Part shown: positions 29,170-37,850 of the stretch, piece after piece | How the letters are laid out: every line of letters starts with the position of its first letter | Numbering within the stretch: the stretch's first letter is position 1 | Assembly (NCBI RefSeq): GCF_039541115.1 | Contig: NZ_BAABFP010000008.1 | Span: 62,001-126,000 of the forward strand | Reading direction: 5' to 3' | Length of the DNA stretch: 64,000 nucleotides | Origin: Angustibacter luteus | GTDB lineage: Bacteria > Actinomycetota > Actinomycetes > Actinomycetales > Angustibacteraceae | The notes under the pieces: generated by a model | Seen by the model: only the letters and a program-made list of their open reading frames with translations | Databases searched by the model: none | Told to the model about the DNA's origin: nothing | Program-made: the position numbers and the translations under genes

Positions 29170-30417
29170 GTGACCACCCCCGCCCAGGTTCCCGCGCACG
29201 CTGAGGTGCTCGTCGTCGGCGCCGGTCCGGCCGGGTCCGCCGCGGCCGCGTGGGCGGCCCGCGCGGGCCGCGACGTGGTGCTGGCCGACAAGCACACGTT
29301 CCCGCGGGACAAGGCGTGCGGCGACGGCCTCACCCCCCGAGCGATCGCCGAGCTGCGCCGGCTGGGCCTGGGCGACTGGCTGGCCGGGCGCACCGTGAAC
29401 TGGGGCCTGCGGGCGCACGGGTTCGGCCAGGAGCTGTTCCTGCCCTGGCCGGGCGGCAGCCTGCCCGCGTACGGCAGCGCCGTGCCGCGCACCGAGCTCG
29501 ACCACACGATCCGGCAGGTAGCGCTGGACAGCGGCGCGCAGCCGCTGGACGACGCCCGCGCCGTAGACGTGGAGCGGGACGGCGAGCGGGTGTCAGGCGT
29601 GGTGTTCCGGCGGCGCAACCAGACCTTCACGGTGACCTGCGACCGGCTGGTCGTCGCGGACGGCGCGCGCTCCCAGCTCGGCCGCGTCCTGGGCCGCGAG
29701 TGGCACCGCAGCACCGCCTACGGGGTCGCGATCCGCGGCTACATCAAGTCCGCCCGCGCGGACGACCCGTGGATCAGCTCGCACCTGGAGCTGCGCGGCG
29801 CCGACCGCGAGATCCTGTCCGGCTACGGCTGGGTGTTCCCGCTCGGCGACGGCGAGGTGAACATCGGCGTCGGCACGCTCGCGACGTCCCGCCGCCCGGC
29901 GGACGTCGCGCTGCGCGGGCTCCTCGACGTCTACACCGCCCAGCGCCGGGAGGACTGGGGCCTGGTCGGCGACGTCCGGGCGCCCTGGTCGGCGTTGCTG
30001 CCGATGGGCGGCGCGGTGTCCGGGGTGGCCGGTCCGAACTGGGGCTTCGTCGGTGACGCCGCCGGGTGCGTGAACCCGCTGAACGGCGAGGGCATCGACT
30101 ACGGGCTGGAGACCGGCCGGCTGCTGGCCGAGCTGATCGAGTCCGGCCAGCCGCTGGACCGGGCCTGGCCGCAGACCCTGCGCAGGCACTACGGCGAGGC
30201 GTTCTCGATCGCGCGCCGGCTGGCCGGACTGCTGACCGTGCCCGGCCTGCTGCCGGCCGCGGGGCCACTGGGCATGCGGTCGCGCTCGCTGATGACGCTC
30301 GCGCTGCGACTGATGGGCAACCTCGTCCAGCCCGAGGACGCGGACGTCGTCGCGAGGCTGTGGCGGCTGGCCGGCCGGACCTCCACCCACCTGGACGCCC
30401 GCCCGCCCTTCAGCTGA
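29170..30417 (+). CDS. Geranylgeranyl reductase family flavoprotein (MenJ-like)
   Basis: VVGAGPAG, FPRDKACGDG, GYGWVFP, GDAAGCVNPLNGEGI. Confidence 0.9.
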   Translation: MTTPAQVPAHAEVLVVGAGPAGSAAAAWAARAGRDVVLADKHTFPRDKACGDGLTPRAIAELRRLGLGDWLAGRTVNWGLRAHGFGQELFLPWPGGSLPAYGSAVPRTELDHTIRQVALDSGAQPLDDARAVDVERDGERVSGVVFRRRNQTFTVTCDRLVVADGARSQLGRVLGREWHRSTAYGVAIRGYIKSARADDPWISSHLELRGADREILSGYGWVFPLGDGEVNIGVGTLATSRRPADVALRGLLDVYTAQRREDWGLVGDVRAPWSALLPMGGAVSGVAGPNWGFVGDAAGCVNPLNGEGIDYGLETGRLLAELIESGQPLDRAWPQTLRRHYGEAFSIARRLAGLLTVPGLLPAAGPLGMRSRSLMTLALRLMGNLVQPEDADVVARLWRLAGRTSTHLDARPPFS

Positions 30418-30422
30418 CCCCA

Positions 30423-30466
30423 CCCAGCCCCGCCCCTCCCAGCCCCGCCCCCTCCCAGCCCCGCCC
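30423..30466. repeat. 15-bp C-rich tandem repeat (cccagccccgcccct, about 3 copies)
   Basis: Read directly, just after the reductase stop. Confidence 0.8.
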
Positions 30467-30552
30467 CCACCCGCTTCCGCCACCCAGGCCGGTTTCCGCC
30501 ACTCAGGCCGGTTTCCGACGTCCCGAACCGGCTTGGACGGCGGACCCGCGGC

Positions 30553-30604
30553 CTTAGTTGACGTATGCAACCTTCTTACATATGGTTGCTATCTATCAAC
30601 TAAG
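30553..30604. promoter_or_regulatory. Paired GTTG..CAAC palindromes, likely MarR operators over the MFS promoter
   Basis: GTTGacgtatgCAAC (30557-30571) and GTTGctatctatCAAC (30585-30600) inside outer IR cttagttga/tcaactaag; AT-rich patch. Confidence 0.65.
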
Positions 30605-30618
30605 CCTCAGGAGCAGCC

Positions 30619-32244
30619 TTGAGTACCACCACGTCCGCCCCGGCCAGCGACGTCGAGCACGAGCCCGCGTCGGGCGCCCCCGCCATGACCCACGGCGAGG
30701 TCCTCGAGGCCCTGTCCGGGCTGCTGCTCGGCATGCTGGTCGCGATCCTGTCGAGCACGGTCGTCTCGACCTCCCTGCCCAAGATCATCGGCGACCTCGG
30801 TGGCGGCCAGTCCGCCTTCACCTGGGTCGTCACGGCCACGCTGCTGGCGACCACGGTCAGCACGCCGATCTGGGGCAAGTTCGCGGACCTGTTCAACCGC
30901 AAGCTGCTCCTGCAGACCTCGCTGTTCGTGTTCGTGCTGGGTTCGGCGCTGGCCGGCTTCTCGCAGAGCTCCGGGCAGCTCATCACGTTCCGCGTCCTGC
31001 AGGGCCTCGGCGCCGGCGGCCTGACCGCCCTGTCGCAGGTCGTGCTGGCCGACATCATCAGCCCCCGCGAGCGCGGCCGGTACATGGGCTACCTCGGCGC
31101 CGTGATGGCGGTCGGCACCGTGGGCGGTCCGCTGCTCGGCGGCGTCGTCACCGACGGCATCGGCTGGCGGTGGAACTTCTTCATCGGCATCCCGCTGGCC
31201 GCCGTCGCCATCGCGGTCATCCAGAAGACCCTGCACCTGGCCCCGCGAGCCCGTCGGGAGAACGTCCGGATCGACTACCTCGGCACCGCGTTGATCGCCG
31301 GCTCGGTCAGCCTGCTGCTGATCTGGGTCACGCTGGCCGGCGACCACTTCGACTGGGTCTCGCCGACCTCGGCCCTGATGGTCGGTGGCAGCCTGCTGAT
31401 GGGCGTGCTGCTGGTGCTCGTCGAGCGCCGCGCCGCCGAGCCCGTGCTCCCCATGAGCCTGTTCAGGAACCGCACCATCGCCCTGGCGCTGGTCGCCAGC
31501 GTCGCCGTTGGCGTCGCGATGTTCGGCACCTCGGTGTTCCTCAGCCAGTACATGCAGCTCGCGCGGGGCAAGACCCCCACCGTGTCCGGCCTGCTCACCA
31601 TCCCGATGATGGTCGGGCTGCTCGTCTCCTCCACGATCGTCGGCCAGCTGATCAGCCGGACCGGCATCTGGAAGCGCTACATGGTGACCGGCGCGGTGGT
31701 GCTGACCGTCGGCCTGGCCCTGATGGGGACCGTGCGCTACGACACCGCGTGGTGGGAGCTGGCGGTGTTCATGGCGCTCGTCGGCATGGGCATCGGCATG
31801 GTGATGCAGAACCTCGTGCTCGTCGTCCAGAACGTGCTGCCGCCGCGGCAGATGGGGTCCGGTAGCGCCTCGGTCGCGTTCTTCCGCAGCCTGGGTGGGG
31901 CCATCGGCGTCTCGGCGATGGGCGCCCTGCTGGCGCACCGGGTGACCGCGCTCGTCACCGAGGGGCTGGCCGCGCTCGGCGTGCAGGGCAACGGGTCCGG
32001 CGCGCTGCCGAACCTCGCGACACTGCCCGCGCCGGTGCGCGCCGTCGTGGAGTCCGCGTACGGCGAGGGCGTCGGTGACGTGTTCCTGGCTGCGGTACCG
32101 CTGGGCGTCATCGCACTGATCGCCATCGCGTTCCTGCCCAACCGCCCGCTCGGCACCCAGTCCGCCTCCGAGCAGCTGGCCGAGGAGGAGCTGGCCGCCG
32201 CCGGGATGGGGGTCGACCCCGAGCACGCTGGGGCCGGCCGATGA
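30619..32244 (+). CDS. MFS DHA2 (14-TM) efflux transporter
   Basis: WGKFADLFNRK, RVLQGLGAGG, PRERGRY, WRWNFF. Confidence 0.92.
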   Translation: MSTTTSAPASDVEHEPASGAPAMTHGEVLEALSGLLLGMLVAILSSTVVSTSLPKIIGDLGGGQSAFTWVVTATLLATTVSTPIWGKFADLFNRKLLLQTSLFVFVLGSALAGFSQSSGQLITFRVLQGLGAGGLTALSQVVLADIISPRERGRYMGYLGAVMAVGTVGGPLLGGVVTDGIGWRWNFFIGIPLAAVAIAVIQKTLHLAPRARRENVRIDYLGTALIAGSVSLLLIWVTLAGDHFDWVSPTSALMVGGSLLMGVLLVLVERRAAEPVLPMSLFRNRTIALALVASVAVGVAMFGTSVFLSQYMQLARGKTPTVSGLLTIPMMVGLLVSSTIVGQLISRTGIWKRYMVTGAVVLTVGLALMGTVRYDTAWWELAVFMALVGMGIGMVMQNLVLVVQNVLPPRQMGSGSASVAFFRSLGGAIGVSAMGALLAHRVTALVTEGLAALGVQGNGSGALPNLATLPAPVRAVVESAYGEGVGDVFLAAVPLGVIALIAIAFLPNRPLGTQSASEQLAEEELAAAGMGVDPEHAGAGR

Positions 32245-32708
32245 GCCCGCTCGAGCCGGCGGACCGGGTGCTGACCACCCTGCGCGAGCTGCTGCTGCGG
32301 GCCCGCCGGGTCAAGGCGCAGGAGGCGACCGCGGTGCACCCGGCCCTGCACGGCGGTCCGTGGACGTTGCTGGTCCGGCTGATCGAGGACGGCCCGACCC
32401 GGGCGTGCACGATCGCCCAGCGGCTGGAGGTCCCGCCCAGCGTGGTCACCCGGCAGGCCGACGAGCTGGCCGCGCTGGGCCTGCTGGAGCGGCGGGTCGA
32501 CCCCACGGACGGGCGGGCCCGGCTGCTCGCCGCGACCGACGACGCCCGGCACCGCTGCGGTGACGAGCCGCGTCCGTACGGCCGGTTGGTCCGGAGCGCG
32601 CTGGCCGGGTGGGAGCCACGGGACGTCGAGACGCTGGCAGGTCTGCTGGAGCGACTCTCGCGGGTGCTCGAGCCGGCGGACGAGCCGGTGGACGTCGCCT
32701 GCCCGTGA
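32241..32708 (+). CDS. MarR family regulator
   Basis: SVVTRQADEL..GLLERRVDPTDGRA. Confidence 0.8.
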   Translation: MSPLEPADRVLTTLRELLLRARRVKAQEATAVHPALHGGPWTLLVRLIEDGPTRACTIAQRLEVPPSVVTRQADELAALGLLERRVDPTDGRARLLAATDDARHRCGDEPRPYGRLVRSALAGWEPRDVETLAGLLERLSRVLEPADEPVDVACP

Positions 32709-33190
32709 TGGTCCACACTGCCCAGATGAGCGAGACCAGGCCCAGCAGCCGGGCTACGGACGAGGACGTGCGCCGGATCCAGCTCGAGCTGGGCGTGCTC
32801 ATCTCGCACGCCCGCCGCTCGATCCGCGAGGCCGCGACCTTCGTCCACCCGGACCTGCAGTCCTCGGGCTACGCGATCTTGTTCCACCTCGTCCAGGAGG
32901 GCCCGACGCTGGCCCGCGGGCTGGCGGAGTCGTTCGGCCTGGACAAGGCCGCGATCAGCCGGCAGGTGGCCCAGCTCGAGCAGCTCGGGTTGATCGCCCG
33001 GACGCCGCACCCCGTCGACGGCCGGGCGCAGCTGCTCACCGTCACCGACGAGGGACGGCGACGCTGCGCCGACGACATCGACCGCCGGGCCGCCATCCTC
33101 CGCTCGCACCTGAGCAGCTGGTCGGGCGCGGACCTGCGCTCGCTCGGTGAGCTGCTCGGCCGGCTGAACGGCTCGGTCACGCGCCCCTGA
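32708..33190 (+). CDS. MarR family regulator
   Basis: DKAAISRQVAQLEQLGLI..HPVDGRA; start 32708 or 32726. Confidence 0.88.
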   Translation: MVHTAQMSETRPSSRATDEDVRRIQLELGVLISHARRSIREAATFVHPDLQSSGYAILFHLVQEGPTLARGLAESFGLDKAAISRQVAQLEQLGLIARTPHPVDGRAQLLTVTDEGRRRCADDIDRRAAILRSHLSSWSGADLRSLGELLGRLNGSVTRP

Positions 33191-33461
33191 GCGAGGCGTC
33201 CTCCAGCAGGGCGGCGGGCGCGGCGTCCAGTGCCTGGGTGATGGCCGCAGCGAGCGCCCGGGCCGACTCGGCGGTGAGCTCGAGCGCGACCCGCGCGGAC
33301 GGGCCGAGCGCCGGCGCCAGCACGTCGATGTTGAGCGTGTGCTCGGCCTGGGCGCGCACGGGGTGGTCGAACGACACCGAGGCGAGCGTCGCGTCGAACC
33401 AGCCCGTTGCTCCCTTGCCGCAGCCCTGCACGTCGACCGTGAACGTCTCGTAGGTGCACAT
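33177..33461 (-). CDS. Small conserved protein (DUF6295-like)
   Basis: MCTY..GCGKG..WF..DHP..EHTLNID..ARVALEL; GAGGAGG SD. Confidence 0.7.
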   Translation of the reverse strand: MCTYETFTVDVQGCGKGATGWFDATLASVSFDHPVRAQAEHTLNIDVLAPALGPSARVALELTAESARALAAAITQALDAAPAALLEDASLRGA

Positions 33462-33472
33462 GCGCTGCCTCC

Positions 33473-34225
33473 TCAGGCCAGGGTCCGGGCGAAGAAGTCC
33501 TCGATGATCCGCCAGCCCTGCGTCGCGGCGTGCTGGCGGTAGCCGGGACGGTCGACGGCGAAGAAGGCGTGACCGGCGTCGTCGAACGAGTGGAACTCGT
33601 GCCGTTTGTCGTTGTCCCGCAACGCCTTCGCGAGCTCTTCGACCTGCTCGGGCGAGGGGTAGGCGTCCTCCGTGCCGAAGAGCCCGAGCAACGGGCAGGC
33701 GAGCTGCGCGGCACGGCCCACGAGCGGGCGGGCCTTCAGGGTCGAACCCGCCGGCGGTTCTCCGACGACGAACGCGCCGTAGCAGTCCACGGCCGCCTGC
33801 AGCGGCAGGCTGGTGGCGGCGAGGAAGGCGTGCCGCCCACCGCTGCAGTGGCCGATCACGGCCACCTTCTGGTTGGACGACGGCAGCGCCCGCAGCGCGG
33901 CGGCGGCCCCGGCGACGTCGCCGACCAGGCGTTCGTCGGGCACCCCGCCGAGCGCCCGCACGGTGGCGGCGGCGTCGTCCGGGTCGGCGCCGGGAGCCTC
34001 ACGGAAGTAGAGGTTCGGGCAGATCGCGTCGTAGCCCATGACGGCGAACCGCCGGGTCATCTCCTTCGTCGCGGCGTCGTAGCCGGGCAGGTGGTGGATG
34101 ACGACCACGCCGCCCCGGGATCCCTCGCCCATCCGGCCGGCCGCGTACGCCTCGAGCTCGTCACCGCCGTCCCCGGTGATCGTGGTCGTGCCGGCCCAGA
34201 TGGTGTCGGCTGCGGTGTGCGGCAT
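33473..34225 (-). CDS. Dienelactone hydrolase family protein
   Basis: GHCSGG nucleophile, FGTED, AGHAFF; GAAGGAG SD. Confidence 0.9.
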   Translation of the reverse strand: MPHTAADTIWAGTTTITGDGGDELEAYAAGRMGEGSRGGVVVIHHLPGYDAATKEMTRRFAVMGYDAICPNLYFREAPGADPDDAAATVRALGGVPDERLVGDVAGAAAALRALPSSNQKVAVIGHCSGGRHAFLAATSLPLQAAVDCYGAFVVGEPPAGSTLKARPLVGRAAQLACPLLGLFGTEDAYPSPEQVEELAKALRDNDKRHEFHSFDDAGHAFFAVDRPGYRQHAATQGWRIIEDFFARTLA

Positions 34226-34334
34226 GCGTTCTCCTTCTCCCGAGATGTCACGGTCGCCCCCTTGGCGGACGCTACGCCGACCCACCCAGGTCGGGTGATG
34301 GCGGGTCTTCCGGCGGCGTGGTCCACTGTTCGCC

Positions 34335-34826
34335 ATGAACAGGCAGAGCTGGAGCTGGGTGGGCACGCTGGCGGCGCTCATCCTGGTGTCGGTTCTCTAT
34401 GCCGTGCTGCCGTGGCGGACGATGCAGCCGTCCAACGGCTTCCTCGTCGCGTTCGCGTTCACCTTCGGACTGATCGCGGCCGGGGCCCTGGTCCTGTGGC
34501 AGGTCACCCGCTACCGCAGCGGCCGCGGTCGTGGCGCCGCGCAGCTGCGCGGCCTGGCGACGGCCATGTGGATCGCCGTGCTGTTCTTCTCCGGCACCTA
34601 CTACAGCCTCGCCGTCAACGACCCCGGGCAGATGAGTGGCAGCCTGCACACCCGGTTGGACGCGCTCTACTTCACCATGTCGACGGTCTCCACCGTCGGC
34701 TTCGGCGACATCACCGCCAGCGGCCAGGCCGCCCGCGCCATCGTGTGCCTGAACATCGCGTTCAACCTGGTGGTGCTGGCCCTCGCCGTCACCACCATCC
34801 GCGAGCTGCACCGCCACCGCGCCTGA
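34335..34826 (+). CDS. Small potassium channel family protein (Ion_trans_2)
   Basis: DALYFTMSTVSTVGFGDI pore/filter motif flanked by TMs. Confidence 0.88.
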   Translation: MNRQSWSWVGTLAALILVSVLYAVLPWRTMQPSNGFLVAFAFTFGLIAAGALVLWQVTRYRSGRGRGAAQLRGLATAMWIAVLFFSGTYYSLAVNDPGQMSGSLHTRLDALYFTMSTVSTVGFGDITASGQAARAIVCLNIAFNLVVLALAVTTIRELHRHRA

Positions 34827-34832
34827 GCGTCC

Positions 34833-35561
34833 TCACTGGACGACCGTCAGCGCCCCGGCGACGAGGAACCCGAGCACGGTGACGAGGCCGACGCTGTCCC
34901 CACCGTGCTGGAACGCCTCCGGCATCATCGAGTCGGCCAGCATCGTGAGCACCGCTCCCCCGGCGAACGCCTGGGCGTAGACCCCGCTGCTGCCCATCGA
35001 CGTCGACACGACGAAGCCCAGCACGGCCACCACGGCACAGGCGACCGTGAGCGCCGTCCACATCCGGAAGATGCGCCCCGAGGAGTACCCGGCGTCCTGC
35101 AGGCTCGTCGTCCCGGCCACACCCTGCGGGATGTTCGAGACGAACACGGCCGCGACGAAGGCGATGCTGATGCCGCCGCCGAGCGCGATGGTCGAGCCGA
35201 GGATGAACGCCTCGGGGATGCCGTCCAGCAGAGCCCCGACGAACATCGCCGCCCCCGAGGACCCGCTGGCCGCGGAGTCGATCGACGAGCGGTCCGACCC
35301 GCCGCCCTGGTCCACCAGGCGGTCCCCGACGTAGTACGCCAGGGCGCCGACCAGGAGCGACACCGCGACCCAGGGGCCCTTCTCCAGGATGGACTCCGGG
35401 ACGAGCTCGTACGCGACCGCGCTGAGCAAGGTGCCGGCCCCGAACCCCATCACCAGCCCGGTGATCTTGTTCTTCCCGGTGAGCGGGCGGGCCAACGCCT
35501 GGCCCAGGTACAGCGAGGCGGACGAGAAAGCGCCCCAGAAGACCGCCGTCCAGACACCCAC
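34833..35561 (-). CDS. ZIP (GufA-like) family metal transporter
   Basis: FGAGTLLSAVAYEL, LLDGIPE, SNIPQG, MLADSMMPEAF. Confidence 0.85.
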   Translation of the reverse strand: MGVWTAVFWGAFSSASLYLGQALARPLTGKNKITGLVMGFGAGTLLSAVAYELVPESILEKGPWVAVSLLVGALAYYVGDRLVDQGGGSDRSSIDSAASGSSGAAMFVGALLDGIPEAFILGSTIALGGGISIAFVAAVFVSNIPQGVAGTTSLQDAGYSSGRIFRMWTALTVACAVVAVLGFVVSTSMGSSGVYAQAFAGGAVLTMLADSMMPEAFQHGGDSVGLVTVLGFLVAGALTVVQ

Positions 35562-35647
35562 GCGCCCACCTCTCGCTGCTGCCGCCCCGACTTCCTAGCG
35601 GAACCGTACCGACGGGGCATCGAGGGCGCCGAGGGTACGGTCTCGAC

Positions 35648-37024
35648 ATGGACGACTTCCACGCGTTGCTGCACCGCGTCGCCGACATCACCAGCCAGTA
35701 CCGAGCCGGCCTGGCCGAGCGGCGGGTGATCGCGAGCTCGGACGTCGAGACGCTCGCCGCCGCCGTCGGCGGACCCCTGCCGGCCGGGCCGACCGACGCC
35801 GCGGAGGTCGTCGACGAGCTGGCCGCGGCCGTGCAGCCGGGACTGGTCGCGACCGCCGGGACGCGGTTCTTCGGGTTCGTCATCGGCGGCGCGTTGCCTG
35901 CGGCCACGGCGGCGGACATGCTCGCCACCGGCTGGGACGCGGTGGCGTTCAACGCGGCCACCTCCCCAGCGGCCATGGCGGTGGAGCACGCGGCCGGGTC
36001 GTGGGTGAAGCAGCTGCTCGGCGTCCCGGACGGCGCGTCCGTCGGCTTCGTCACCGGCGCCCAGGCCGCCAACACCGTCGGGCTCTCGGCGGCACGGCAC
36101 CACGTCCTGGCCCAGGCCGGGTGGGACGTTGAGCGCCGGGGCCTGATCGGAGCGCCGGCCGTGCGGGTGCTGGCCTCGCAGGAGCGGCACGCGACGGTCG
36201 ACCGGTCGTTGCGGCTGCTGGGTTTCGGCTCCGACCTGGTCGAGGCCGTCGACGCCGACGGCAACGGCGCGATCGACGTCCGGCACCTGGAGACCCTGCT
36301 GGCTCAGGGGGAGCCGGACCAGCCGCTCATCGTCTGCCTGCAGGCCGGCAACGTGAACACCGGCGCGTGCGACGACCTGCGTGCCGCCTGCGACCTGGTG
36401 CACGCGCGCGGAGGCTGGGTGCACGTCGACGGCGCCTTCGGGTTGTGGGCCGCCGCCAGCCCCGGGCTTCGGCACCTGGTCGACGGCGTCGAGCTCGCCG
36501 ACTCCTGGGGCTGCGACGCCCACAAGTGGCTCAACGTGCCCTACGACTCGGCCTTCGCGATGGTGTCCCGCCCGGACGTGCACGCGGCCGCCATGTCGTA
36601 CACCGCCGCCTACCTCGTCGGCTCCGGGGTGCTGCCCGTCGGCGCGGACTTCACCGCCGAGTCCTCGCGGCGCGGTCGCGGGTTCGCCGTCTGGGCCGCG
36701 ATCCGCGAGCTCGGCGCGAGCGGCGTGGCCGAGCTGGTGGACCGCTGTTGCGCACTGGCGGGACGCTTCGCCGATTCCCTTGCGGCACAAGGGTTCGAGA
36801 TCGCGAACGACGTCGTCCTCAACCAGGTGCTGGTCTCCTTCGGGGACGACGAGCGCACCGACGCGGTGACGGCCGCCGTGCAGCAGGACGGCACCTGCTG
36901 GATGGGCGGCACCACCTGGCGGGGCCGACGGTTCATGCGGATCTCGGTGTCGAACTACGGCACGACCGAGCAGGACGTCGACCGGTCCGTCGCGGCGATC
37001 GTCCGCCTCGCCGCCCAGGTCTGA
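35648..37024 (+). CDS. Group II PLP-dependent decarboxylase
   Basis: WVHVDGAFG, ADSW..DAHKWLNVPYD, SRRGRG. Confidence 0.92.
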   Translation: MDDFHALLHRVADITSQYRAGLAERRVIASSDVETLAAAVGGPLPAGPTDAAEVVDELAAAVQPGLVATAGTRFFGFVIGGALPAATAADMLATGWDAVAFNAATSPAAMAVEHAAGSWVKQLLGVPDGASVGFVTGAQAANTVGLSAARHHVLAQAGWDVERRGLIGAPAVRVLASQERHATVDRSLRLLGFGSDLVEAVDADGNGAIDVRHLETLLAQGEPDQPLIVCLQAGNVNTGACDDLRAACDLVHARGGWVHVDGAFGLWAAASPGLRHLVDGVELADSWGCDAHKWLNVPYDSAFAMVSRPDVHAAAMSYTAAYLVGSGVLPVGADFTAESSRRGRGFAVWAAIRELGASGVAELVDRCCALAGRFADSLAAQGFEIANDVVLNQVLVSFGDDERTDAVTAAVQQDGTCWMGGTTWRGRRFMRISVSNYGTTEQDVDRSVAAIVRLAAQV

Positions 37025-37033
37025 GGGCGCGGC

Positions 37034-37813
37034 TCAGGGCTGGTTCGTCGGCGCCCGCCAGACCAGCGTGTGCATGAGGTCACCCGACAGGCGCTCGCAG
37101 CAGTTGCGGTGCTTGGGTTTGGTGGTCCGGCCGACGTGGTCGTTCCCCAGCCACGGTGGCACCCCGAACGGCAGGTCGCGCGCGGGGACCGGCGCGTAGT
37201 CGACCTCCGCGACGCTGCTGCCGTAGTTGGGGCCGGTCGCGTCACCGTCGTCGTCCGGGGTGACGATGCCACGAAGCGCGGTGATGGCGGCCCGCCAACC
37301 GGCGACCAGCGCGTCGGCGTTACGGCTCGAGGGGTGCGCGACCTCAAAGAGCGGCACGTCGGGCCGGTCGTCCCACAGGGCGACCGCGGCCTGCGCCTGC
37401 CCGCCGAAGGCCACGACCGCCTGCAGCTGCGGCCCGATGATCTTGCCCAGCAGCGTGTTGCGCCAGGCCAGGTGCGCCGGCTCGCTCAGGATGGGAGTGC
37501 CCTTGCTGGCCTTGGACGGCAGCAGTGCGTACGCGAACGCGTTGACCAGGACGTAGCTGTGGGTCAGCCCGACCTTGGTCAGGAAGCCCTGCACCCGTTG
37601 GCCCGCGTCGCCCACCAGGGTGCGGCCGGCGATGCGCTCCGTAGGGCCGGGATCGGAGGCGATGCAGAGGAGCTTGGCGGACCGGTCCAACCGGCCGCGG
37701 TAGAACACCGGTCCCCAGTCGTACCAGAACAGCTCACGGTGCGGCGCGTACGACGGCACGGCCATCAGGTGCTTGGCGACCGCCTTCGGCGGGCCGGGGT
37801 CGAACTCGACCAT
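37034..37813 (-). CDS. Uracil-DNA glycosylase-like superfamily protein
   Basis: RGRL..LLCIASDPG.TE....LVGDAG (motif A region), VNA, VAFGGQA, HPSS (motif B); CAGGAGG SD. Confidence 0.75.
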   Translation of the reverse strand: MVEFDPGPPKAVAKHLMAVPSYAPHRELFWYDWGPVFYRGRLDRSAKLLCIASDPGPTERIAGRTLVGDAGQRVQGFLTKVGLTHSYVLVNAFAYALLPSKASKGTPILSEPAHLAWRNTLLGKIIGPQLQAVVAFGGQAQAAVALWDDRPDVPLFEVAHPSSRNADALVAGWRAAITALRGIVTPDDDGDATGPNYGSSVAEVDYAPVPARDLPFGVPPWLGNDHVGRTTKPKHRNCCERLSGDLMHTLVWRAPTNQP

Positions 37814-37850
37814 GGAGTGCCTCCTGGTTGGTAGGTCAGCTTTCGGCCGG

